Assembly (NCBI GenBank): GCA_002633005.1
Contig: NMRA01000196.1
Location: 207,632-271,631, forward strand
Direction: 5' to 3'
Length of the DNA stretch: 64,000 bases
DNA from: Phoronis australis
Taxonomy: Eukaryota > Animalia > Phoronida
Shown: piece by piece, positions 10,201-20,537 of the stretch
How positions within the stretch are numbered: position 1 is the stretch's first letter
Layout: each line of letters starts with the position of its first letter
Position numbers and translations under genes: made by a program
The notes under the pieces: generated by a model
What the model was told of the DNA's origin: nothing
The model's input: the letters and a program-made list of their open reading frames with translations, nothing else
The model's database searches: none

Positions 10201-12905
10201 ATACGGCAAAGTAGAAGTTTGGTGTAATCGCAGTTTAGTGTACAAATAACACTGGTGCTCAGCGTTAACTCAGCTACCCTCTAAAGTGTTACACATCAAA
10301 CTCGAAGTGACTGAGTGTAAATGTTATAGTGTAGCACCCGTTCAACAATAACTCTGGCAAGGGGTTTGTTTACACCAAATTCTAGTCTACTTACTAGCGC
10401 GACGTTTCGAGCAGTCGCTTCTAGGACCATTTCCTGGACAGGTGGAACAGCGTTAGTAGAAGAACGGGCTTGGGTGTCTGTTACACTAGTGGTGGGTACT
10501 TGGGTTGTGTTTTTCTTGGTTCACGGCAGGTTTTGAACCTGTCAGTCCAAAGATAAGTTCTACGAGCAGACCTAGAGAATGCCAAAGGGTTCACTACCAT
10601 AACCAACCTTAGCTAACCAGTACATGGGCAAGCTTGAGCAAACAGCCCTCTCGGGTCAACCAGTAAGCTACATCACTAATAATGGACAGGATAGAAGACC
10701 CTACGCAACACACGACGTGCCTCCCATGTATACAGTGGTGTACCTGGAATCGCTGAATAATAGGACTCATGTGCTAAGAATTCAGAACAAGAACGTTATG
10801 CCGTAGCTTGGATATCGTGGGTCAACGGCTGACCAAAGCCTAACCAAGACAGGCATGGGGGAAAACGTCGTTTATGACCCCGTACTGAATGTGGCAAATC
10901 CTAAATGTATATAGCGGTGAAAGACAGAAGTAACTGAAAATCAGGATTGTTGATCCCAAGAAATAGTTGGGAGAAAACAACAACTAATAGGGAGTACATG
11001 TATGATGCCAGGGCATGGTCAATACAGCAAGTACAGTACTAGGATAGCATCCGAATATTTCACAGTCAAACAGGTTAGGACTAAAATAGCGAACGTAGAA
11101 GATATGCACATGAAGCTACACGACAATGTCTAAAATTAACCTCTCATGCAGCCAAGCGATAACATGGCCACCCCTCCTTAGGTAATAAAGAAGATATGGG
11201 TATAAAAATGTATCCAAGACTTTACGGATGATTCGGTTGAACTTACAGTCACAAGCCTCCAGGTTCAAACTCCGCCGTCCACTAGGAAAATATAATCCAA
11301 ATGCCCAACCGTGAATGTTCCAGATACCCGTGCTCGTTCATCTAAGAACTTTGTAACACAAGATGATACTAGGAGGAATAATCGACCGAAACGTCTTTCC
11401 AAGATAATCACGCTTATTAGTTAAAACTGATACGTCTAGGAGAATCAACAAACCGTATATTTTATTAACAATGACATGAAAAAGGTTGCCTTTATCGTTA
11501 AGGTTAGTGTAAACAGTCTAATAGATTTTAGAAATGACGTGACTAATGCGTTGGAAAAGATACTCCACAATGAGTCAATGGCTTCTCTTTGTAGCACTGT
11601 GACCAAAACAAGGTTGGCATATTTACTTCAGGTGAAGAGAACAGAAAAAAATAACTACTTTACCTGCGGCAATGGACGTGAGATGAAGTTTCATTAGAAG
11701 GAAATTGGAGAAAGCAAACTGTTCTCTTATTGCTCGAGGTTTGTAAACTGTAAGAAACACACAATAGCCTTTGCTAATTGCATAGGTCGTGAGTTGGTTT
11801 CTACGACATCTGCTAGTGCTTTACATATACTCCAGGCACACCAGTTTGCAGTCAGACAGCTACATGTATGTATGATAAGAAAAACTATGTACCAAGGCTA
11901 TCTTGAGTTACGTGGTAAAGTGTGGGACACTGCAGGAGCTCTTTCGGTGATAGCTTGGTTAATCGTGTAATGGAGAGCCCGAAGTTCACTAGGTGTCGCA
12001 AGTGAAGCAAGAGACATTCGCATAGAAATTCTTGCATTCGTGTAAATTACGTGAGCCCTTTTCACACGAACACCTGATGCTATAGTCGGTAAACCAGCCC
12101 TAAGCCCAAAATGAATTGGCTTTTTATGTCGGTAAACTGCTTTCTGCTCTCAGTTTATTCAGATGCCAAAACTACATGTACACTGTAGCAACACATAGTG
12201 AATGTCAATGCGCTACTTTACGTTTGCAGTGTACATTGCACATTTATGGAACTTCGATTTAGATTTGGTTTGGTTAAATTAAGGCAAAACCCCAGTCTTC
12301 TCAGAGCCAATCTTAAAAACCAAGTGTTAATGGCTTACAATAGGCTAAGAATGAGCTACCTGGCTAGGCATCGGTTCCCCTAATAGACCGTTCTGGACTC
12401 TGTACAAATACAAAATGTGCGAAAGAGTTAGCTACGAACTCAAACACTCCAGCCTGTGTAAACATAGACTATATACATGTATATGAAATCAGTGATCTAT
12501 CTCAGAAAACGAGCAATATATACCTTTTGACTTTTCTGCGCAAAGACCGAATAGGAGACCTATAACACAGCTCAAAAGGAATAGTATTATTGACTTCCGC
12601 CAGTCTTTTGTAATGCGGCCAAACGCATTTTTCTCAATCTCAGAAAGCGAAGTTCTTTTATCTTCTTCTTCTTTCGGCAAGACAGTTTCTCCTGGTTTTG
12701 TAAGACTGCGGCTGCTAGCTTGGCACTTTATTTGATTCACCGGGTTAAGCGTCAGCTTGGAACATGCCCCTTTAATTAGACCCTTCTCCGGAGGGCACTT
12801 ATGTTTACTCGCAATGTCCGGCAAAGACTTGAGGCCTCCGGCGAAATACGTGCTTGATTTCGTCGCTTTCGAGGGTAGAGCGGGACTAATTTTGTTTTTA
12901 ACCAT
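1232..12905 (-). CDS. YeeE/YedE (TsuA-like, Sulf_transp) sulfur/thiosulfate transporter family membrane protein; 9 coding exons, ~482 aa
   Basis: Minus-strand GT-AG exons with consistent phases: 12905-12524, 11747-11664, 9989-9832, 9238-9190, 7084-6982, 6764-6638, 5910-5668, 3231-3080, 1382-1232 (1449 nt, ends TAG). The spliced protein includes GLLFGLCAEKSKVYKPRAIREQFAFSNFLLMK, GPFILGVGMVISGSCPSLALIQVATG, WPVYAAGCTMG, NWWQMFYILG and GGVLMLTGARVSAGCITGNFLSGMAVLAWLSFIAVP. These match the YeeE/YedE motifs G-x-G-M-x-x-x-G-x-C-P and G-A-R-x-x-x-G-C-x-x-G. The start ATG is the first Met in the open exon and is less certain. Confidence 0.88.
2569..2739. repeat. Perfect 51-bp inverted repeat with 69-bp spacer
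   Basis: 2569-2619 is the exact reverse complement of 2689-2739. It lies in a segment bracketed by the 13-bp direct repeat TTTAACAAAACAA (2478-2490, 2738-2750). Confidence 0.85.
3324..3659 (+). mobile_element. Non-autonomous Helitron-like element
   Basis: A|TC start, subterminal hairpins (CAACGC-GGA-GCGTTG; GCACC-n6-GGTGT), CTAG|T end, no TSD. Confidence 0.55.
4340..4900 (-). mobile_element. Penelope-like retroelement remnant (GIY-YIG endonuclease C-terminus and 3' region)
   Basis: Disrupted translation KDKTPKRNKSCVVYGVQC...YVGETK then HRRPS...SAIFSHLCATGHDF...ILDFEEDWFRRGVKES, typical of PLE GIY-YIG. A decayed hammerhead-like stem lies downstream near 4420-4450. Confidence 0.75.
6223..6595. 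mobile_element. Kolobok-like non-autonomous DNA transposon
   Basis: Termini (T)TAAAGAGGCATGGAACGCGA and TCGCATGGTATGCCTCTTTA(G): TTAA-type target site with purine-initial TIRs. Confidence 0.55.
7583..7830. mobile_element. GC-rich MITE with 5-bp TSD (CATG...CATG termini)
   Basis: CATGGGCGCACCCGG and CTGGGTTCGCGCATG termini with exact TSD CGTGG. Internal sequence is shared with 20286-20537. Confidence 0.75.
10380..11410 (+). mobile_element. Highly decayed Penelope-like element
   Basis: Remnant NVVY...CGKS...YSGE..K*LKIRI (GIY-YIG-like) at about 10865-10960. Hammerhead-like ..GATGAT...CCGAAACGTC near 11360-11396 and an inverted GACGTTTCG copy at about 10400. Confidence 0.4.
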
Positions 12906-13554
12906 TTTGCTTTTGAGGTAACCAGATGTTAAAATGTATAAAACTAAACGTGTTGAAAATGTGCTAAGCGAGTTCTCACTTGCACTGCACGCGTGGACGC
13001 CGATTTTCTGAGTCAAAGTGATGTAAACTTAGATTCGAAAAATGCGAGAAGCGTTATGGTGTAACTTTTGTTTTTGTTGCATTTTCAAATATGATGAAGG
13101 ATCGAGTTGGTTAACGAATCTTATATTGGGTTCTCTCACAATATTTTGCCCATATAAACTTATATGCAAATTATTAAACTACCTCTGCTTGAAACCCCTT
13201 TAATATATCCTGCACAAACAACTTCGACAATACTTTTAAAGCAGTTTTATTTGCTATCACAACCTAAACAACAGACCAATTAGAAATTATGGTTCGCCAG
13301 ATTTCTTGAGAACTTTTATCACAAAATACTCGTTCAAGATTCCATTGGGCAAATCAATCAAGACAGCTCTCTGTTTTAAACACCCTCTTCGGTTCTGCAT
13401 AAGATAAACACCCCCCTCACTAACTTTCGATATATCACCAGAACACAATTTTAGTTATTTATTTACTATAAAATGACTCCAGCTATTTTTCCTTAAAGCC
13501 CTTTTAAGTCACTATTGGTTTGCTGATTGCACAAGTTAATAAACGCATTATGCC

Positions 13555-13705
13555 TCTCCCTACTCCTCTCCCCCTCCCTTCCTCCCTCCATCCCTCTCCC
13601 TCCCTCCATCCCTCTCCCTCCCTCCATCCCTCTCCCTCCCTCCATCCCTCTTCCTCCCTCCATCCCTCTCCCTCCCTCTCCCCCTCTCTCTAACCTCCCA
13701 TCTTT
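13555..13705 (+). repeat. Polypyrimidine minisatellite, 18-bp unit CCCTCCATCCCTCTCCCT
   Basis: About 5 tandem units inside a C/T-rich tract. It explains the spurious PPSIPL ORF. Confidence 0.9.
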
Positions 13706-14874
13706 CCCCGTTGGTCAAACCAAAACTTGTATCAAGCAAAATAGTAATTTACAATCCCACTTCAACTCTACTTTATTCTAAAATAAGACCCCGAATTTAT
13801 ATCACCAAAACTTTAAAATAGTAAAATAAGGACGCAAACCTATGCACAAAATGAAAAAGGCACCCATCTTCACACTACATACTAGACTGGTATACGGGTT
13901 GTCAGGAGTGGGGCATGTAAAGTCACCCTATCATTCTCACGCTGGCGTGTTTGTAACATATCACAGAACTTGACCGAGAAGCTTAAGTCAGCTTATTAGA
14001 CAATTCACAGTCTGATATAAGTGTGAATCTGCAAACGAAGTACTAATTTGCAAACAATCCCAGTTCCCCCAGTGTGCCGGAAACCACCCGAGAACCAGTT
14101 AACACTACAAGCTCGTCTAGTCTAGTTTTGCAAGACTAAATGCAAGAGAGTATGGTGATATTTCATCATGGCAGTCGAACACCCGATGACGGCAACTCAG
14201 ATTCTAGCCTTGGTATAAAGCTGTATACTAATTAATATACAACTTTGCACCGATGTGGGTAAAAAAGTGGCAAGATAAAATCTGACACAAAATTAGTGTC
14301 ATTATAAACTATAGCCTTCCTTGAGTAAACTAAATTATTTAACGGTGTTGCAAAAATGGCGTTCTACCGTTATTCTGCTGCTAAAATTGTGGAGCGATCT
14401 TTAGCGACGGCTTTCGGCGCCATGAAATAATGCGTCACCTATTGGCCAGTTTCTTTTTCCGCAGATTCTTCAATCAACTGCTCTTTATTCACAAGGCTGC
14501 GTACACGTCACAACAATTTATCGGAACTGGTTTCACTTCATTATAAGTTTTTTTAGAATTTTGATATCGAAAAACCGAATTTGCTGCTGCCAAGCTATCG
14601 TCATCTCCCGAGAGATGTCGCAAAAAGTTAGTAAATGGCGCGTGCGCGTGACACTAGCGTATTGTTTTCAAAACGACGACATAATTTTCATTGTTAGAAA
14701 AAGCCGAGAGTTAGGCAAGAAAATGACGTTTTATTGCATTTTTTCACTTAAACGGCTGTAAAGGGCAAGGTGAGTGTCGGTTGATTCCCAGATTTTGCAT
14801 GCACCCGGTCCGGTCTTTAGCTTTACATGTTGATACAAGTTTCACGGCGAGGTGACGAGCAGAACTACTTTGGC

Positions 14875-15183
14875 CAGGGACGGATCCAGGATTATGAGTT
14901 GGGGGGAGGCACAGGAATAACCAGAATTTCGGCAGATAAATTGTGGGGATGCAAGGTTCTCGAATTTTGGGTTTGCGTACCTGTTGACTAAAAAAATATA
15001 AAACACGGTAAACGGGGTTTGCTCAGAGCCTATGCATTGTTTATTCACTTCATTCACGCCTCGAGCCCCCTTGGTTGAGCGCATCTGTTAGCCAGCATTT
15101 CGCATCCGAACTTCCAAGTGGTATATGGTAGAATTTTAGGGGGGGGGGCATGGCCCGCCCTTGCCCCCCCATTTCCGCCACTG
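14875..15183. mobile_element. GC-rich MITE(s) of the CAG(T/G)GGCGGA type
   Basis: CAGGGACGGATCCAGG...G-run, and G-run...TCCGCCACTG. Same terminus type as 23020-23172 and 55756-55946; may be two fused or truncated copies. Confidence 0.5.
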
Positions 15184-15460
15184 CTGGCTGTGTGCAATTT
15201 CGGGGTCTACGGAAGAAATACACACTGCAGTGGCACCTAGCTGTATTTTGACGACAGTCTTTATTCAGCTAGCTGGCTAGCTACTTAGATTCCGACAGTA
15301 GCTGCAAACAGATAGCGAACTGGCGTTACATTTGCTCACATGTCTCGTCCACATTTTTAGGACTATACGGGAAACCCTGAGCAACCCTCGCAGCATTGCC
15401 GTTACCCTAATAAAACAAGGCACAGTTTTCATTATTTGTTGATTTCACTATCAAATAAAT

Positions 15461-16070
15461 ATAGGTTATACAACGTACGTGTTTGTACCAGTGGTTATTA
15501 TGTTGAGATTCGTGATATGCAAAAGTATTTGAACGAAGGAGAAGCCCGAGTTCAAATACTGTTGCATATCAGGAATCGAGATATAATAACAAGCTGGTAA
15601 AACACGTACGTTGTATAACCTATTTATCTTATGCGCCCCACTGAGGATTCTTTAAAGAAGCGGGTTTACACAGATTGCTCCGCTTGTTTTGGTGTCATCT
15701 GTCATCTTTTATCAATGACGATCGCAGATCGCGTGACACTTATACGTGCAGGCAAATTTTTATGAATGCATTTTTCGCAGCCTGCATGTCACGGCAGTCA
15801 AGTTGTACTTTCCACCAGCTACAGGCTTGGGGCCGGGTGCATATCTGCGATTTTCGGTATTTTCGTCAGAGTTTGAATTGAGCTAAATCTATTTCTAAGT
15901 TAAAGTTAGCTTACATTTCCGACGATTTTCTTGGCTTCGTTGAGTAATTTATGTGCTAGACACCCAGACGTTGTTGCTGATGCACGCTTCTTAAAAATGC
16001 TCCTTTCGCGCGGTTCTTGTCATTTTTAGGTAGAAAGTTTTCCTAAACTTGTCGTAAAATTGATAACTAT
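15461..16070 (+). mobile_element. Crypton-like non-autonomous element with ~160-bp terminal hairpin
   Basis: ATAGGTTATACAACGTACGTG...CACGTACGTTGTATAACCTAT hairpin (15461-15623) with a central GAAGCCCGAG. A half copy is at 41155-41228. The right boundary is approximate. Confidence 0.5.
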
Positions 16071-16072
16071 TC

Positions 16073-16810
16073 TTATACCACAATATTAGCCTCGAATGGC
16101 AGATACAACCGTGTAATAACCCATAAAGTTATCTCACTAGTGAGATAACATTTTGGCGGGAAACCGAGGCCGGATTCGAAACCGGGACTCAAGAATTTCC
16201 AGTCGCCGTATTTACCACTACACTACTCAGCGGCTGACGTCATCAAACGTGAAAATTGAATACTTAAATGAGCATGCGAAACAATCGCATGTTCAGCAAA
16301 GGGCATTGCACCGACATTTATACGCTATGAAAAATAAGACGCATAATTTCCATAAAAACAATATTTTAATTCAGTGAAATTTTTCTCTCGTGTTCTCTCT
16401 GACTTGTAAATCACAGATATCCAATTTGAATGCGGGTATCGTGTAGTCGGGATCCTTTGACTTGAGCATTATTCACCTGTCAGTTACTAGTGGTAACCTA
16501 CTTTAGCAGACGATATTTTCCCGGTCGAAGCTTGACGTGATAAAATGTGTAGTAAGCTACATGTATAATAGCTGCTATACCTTAATTTATAGATTCACTT
16601 CATTTCTATTTTCTTTAAATTTCCAATTGGTTTTGAGTGTAAGCATTTTTTGACAAAAATAGCTCGGCTTTTCTTAAAAGTTCACGACCTCCGACCCTGG
16701 GTCTCTGACATAGAAAGTAGTTGCAAAGCCGAGGCGAGTCGAGAAAGGCAGTTCGATTCATTGCAGTGTTTCTCGTTTAGTATGTGGTATAAATAGATAA
16801 CGCCCCTCGA
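16073..16810 (-). mobile_element. Crypton-like non-autonomous repeat containing a tRNA-like segment (copy 1)
   Basis: Aligns in reverse complement over about 700 bp with 54405-55109. TTATACCAC / GTGGTATAA inverted ends. Confidence 0.7.
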
Positions 16811-16879
16811 CTCAATATTACCCGTTTTTAAATGAATGGAAATGAAAAATTATTAATTATGTTTTTAGCAAGGGTACGA

Positions 16880-17760
16880 GTTGGCTTGGGTGCGAATTCG
16901 CTAAGGTAAGAACTGACTGGAAAGCCCTCATATGCACAACTGGTAAAAAGACTGTTCCCTGGACTCGGTGTCTGGCCTGCTAGTGTTTGAATCGAGCATC
17001 CAGGTAATTCACTGAAAAAAAGACCCGTGTGATGGCAGGTAGGACACATAATCCAATAACAAGATGAATATTTTCCTCTGTGTACATTGTTCTCGTCTCA
17101 GTAACCATAACTCTGGCATGGTGTAAGATATCTATCAAAATTATACTTTTTGTAATGTCCAAGGGTGGGGGAGAGCTAAATCTCCATACTAGAAGCTCAG
17201 CTCGAAAATTGACCAATTGCATGCCACAATTCCAGTAAATTCAATTGTATTGTGCAGTGTGGATAATTAGTCTTTGAGTATGAATTTGTAGATTACACCC
17301 TGGGCCCAGGTGATTACCCATCAATATAATTATTGACTAGAGAATGCACCTATATCTGGAGCACCACCTTTACATTTTCAAGCTACTTTTACTCACAGGT
17401 TTTGCTAAAAGGTGAATAGGTGCCTGAAATGCTTAGGAAGTGGCTCGCGGTAGTGAAGAATGAAAAGTATATGTACGCTGTACATGGCAAGTCTGATGCC
17501 GTGAAACATCTCCGTGTCTGTCTGTGGCCGGCAGTCGTCGACTGTGAGTCTGACGAATGCCGGTTTACCCGGCAAAGAACTATCCACACATTCCGTTGCC
17601 TGTGCATGTTCACGGCGCCTCTCTAGTATTTCTTGATCACTGTATTGCGGCTCGAACTGATAGCTTGTGAAACTTAACGATCCACCTGCGAACGGTCTTC
17701 GTCGGATGAGCTCTCGTCTAAGTCGGGATTGCGAGTTGCCATTTTGACGTTTATTAATTA
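16880..17760 (-). pseudogene. Possible decayed P2X7-C-terminal-like (Kolobok accessory) ORF
   Basis: MATRNPDLDESSSDED, then frameshifted SYQFEPQYSDQE; later fragments VMVTE, ITRVFFSVNYLD and SCAY..FP resemble this domain in order. Many disruptions. Confidence 0.35.
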
Positions 17761-20285
17761 TTCTGCGTTCTGTTTCAAAATAACTTATTCTCATCTAACC
17801 AAAGCGTATATAAAACTGTCTCATTCGATATAATTTGTAATGACTTTGGAGTATTCGTGAGTGCAGATGGTTTGAGAAACCAGCTATGAATAAATCACTG
17901 AGTTACCGACTTCAGATGCAATAAGGGTAATTGACCGGGCACCGAAGCCGTGAGAGGGCATGCTAATTCAGTGTTTGCTGACAGAAAGCTGTTGTGAAAC
18001 AATAACTCGATTTTATATGCTATTGTCTCATGTTAGGGGAATCTTTATTTAGACAAACAAATGCATTATTTACATCAGTGTTAGTGTACAACTTTTGCCC
18101 TTACGTTTCTGTAAAAGCGCAACTCAGTTGACTTCGCGGCTCCCGACAAGTACTGTAAGTAGATCCGCAGTTTCGTGGTTAATTCCTCTAAATAATTACG
18201 CGCACATTATTTCTTCGAATCACTAGTGTAGTCTTTTCGTGACAGGAGGTTTAGTTTCCAACCTACGCTGGTTTATGTTCGTGATGTCCAGTCCCGGCGG
18301 CCGCGACGGCCCTGAGTGGGTTCCGAGGCATTTTTTTAATGTTTATTACGAAATCTTCAGAATACAATGAATATACATGTACATAACCCAGAAAGCGCCA
18401 AGAGGCATTAGATCCGAGGCATTGGCTGGGATAACAAGCGTTTTGTGTGTTTAGAACTGAAAAAATCGTAAGTCTAAAATTACAACACAGAGGTATCTCT
18501 CATGTCTGTATTTCATGGAAAAATGATTCGAATTTATCACCAAACAGACCCAAACTCCCACTGTCGACCATGAAAAATTGGCCTACCGAAGTTAGTAGGA
18601 GTCAACACTCATTTACCGAACTCTGTAGGTTGCCGTACCATTAAATATCCGGTCCTATATATGTAAATCCATAACAGTGAAATAAAACAACAGGTTTGTT
18701 CAAGAACTCGATGTACTTTTAATGGTTTTACATCGGAATTTGATGATTTACTGGTGTAAAACGATGCATTCAAGCGATAAGTTGACACCAGTAAGCGTGT
18801 TGTGAACGTACGGCTGAACAGACTGTGTTCGAACCGATTACGTCATTGTTTAATTTCAACACCGCCGTCAGGTGTCAGGTAAAACAACTTAACATGCTGT
18901 TATCGAGTGGAACTACTCGATCTAAATTAATACAAAATAGGTTGATGTTTGGGTGGCATTCTCCTTTAAGTGTATCAGTTGTGAGCTTTCCTTTAAAACT
19001 GCAATTTGTTTACAATTTGTTTCTTTTCTCACTTGCTACAAATTTAAATATTTACAGTTTTAATGACACATAGCATCTTTAAGACTGACAAAAAACATTA
19101 CTAAACTGTCGCTGTTTCCTAGGGTACCTGTGCAATGACGCTGGTGCACAACCACATTGTCGGCTGACTAACACGAGGGGGGTGGCAGTAGCTGATCCGA
19201 ATAGAGCCGGTCTAAGGGTTTGGAACATGTTTAGCTTCGTCTTGCCACCGCTAGGACTATTACTAAGGCAGGCGACTTTGCGCTGATAAAAATAATGCTT
19301 GTTTTAAATAATATTCACTTCCGTATGTAAAAGTTGACCGAATAAACGATCATCTAAGAAACACATGCACACACACAAGCTCACGTATCCCGTTTCCATC
19401 ACTGGGCAAACACTTCGTGACCTTATTGCGTAAACTATACGGGGCTGCCGCTACAACGTAGACGTATTCTGGCCTTTCTGAATTAGATCCATCCAATGAC
19501 TGCAATATGTGTTTGATGACGATGTTATATAAAAGTCCAATGTTTCTCAGTGCTACCCTTTCAACTTTGACTTAATCGATTTGCAAGAAGGTCAACTTTA
19601 CGTTGACTTTAGACGCCGTTATCAGTAGGCCTCTCATCGCTACAGCTTATACTGTACATGTACAGTTTGTACAAGGACATTACAGAATCATAACTGTGCG
19701 TGTCAGGTAGGTCCTGTTCAAATCTAAATGATCTTTACATGCCAGCTCTTGCGTGTTATAGAATACACCATAGACATGGTCTGAAACATCTTTGTATTTC
19801 TCGTGGGCTGGTCAATCGCTTTCTACACTGTATACATTTCCACTTGAGAACTGTGCAGATTGCATGGCCAAAAACTAGACTACGCCAACTGAGAAGAGAT
19901 CAGTAGGCCTACACTTTTAGCTGTAATTCGCTCAGTGGCCTTGCCTTAAAAAGGGCCGACTTTACTACTTGCGTAGCTTAGGCAGCAAAAATGTCTCACA
20001 AACTTTTCTAATTATTTCGCTGTAAATGTAGGCCTAGAAAAAAAAAATCAAAAGTAAGTGACAGTGCAATTTTGTGTTTCACGATCTGTGTCTACATTGG
20101 GCATTAGGTAGACACAGTGAGTCAACGTTTTGTTGTGGCCATGTTTCATCCTGAACTGTGCTGTTTTCTGCTCTCCAAACACTTAAAACCTTTCAACTGT
20201 AGGTAGGATCATCACACGTTGCAAAACACATTTCAAAACAAAAATTTTGTGATCTGCGATGACATGCTGTAGCCTACATCTGTAA

Positions 20286-20537
20286 TATGCGCACACCCAG
20301 GGGGCGGGCTCGTGTGGCTCTAACGAGCCCCCCCACTTGGTGAAGTGGGCAAAAAGGTCTGCCTCAGAGAAAATCGAACTCCGAAAAACTAGGAAACGAG
20401 ACAAAAGTCCACTAAAAAGGCAGGAGTTACCAAAATTCGGCAAATTCATAACTCTTAACGTTCACCATGAATCATAGTAAAACGTCCACATTCTCAAAAA
20501 TTCGAGCCCTCCATTTCTTATGTTGGGTGCACGCATG
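20286..20537. mobile_element. GC-rich MITE, same family as 7583-7830
   Basis: Shared GGGCAAAAAGGTC...AAACGAGACA.AAGTCCAC and AAAATTCGAGCC blocks; termini ATGCGCACACCCA and TGGGTGCACGCATG. Confidence 0.7.

Noticed and set aside
13527-13781. Proline-rich ORF (PPSIPL repeats)
   Set aside because: It is the translation of an 18-bp polypyrimidine minisatellite, with no splice context.
16153-16235. Functional tRNA gene (also 54962-55035 and 39410-39470)
   Set aside because: Anticodon stems do not pair and the segments sit inside dispersed repeats; they are tRNA-derived only.
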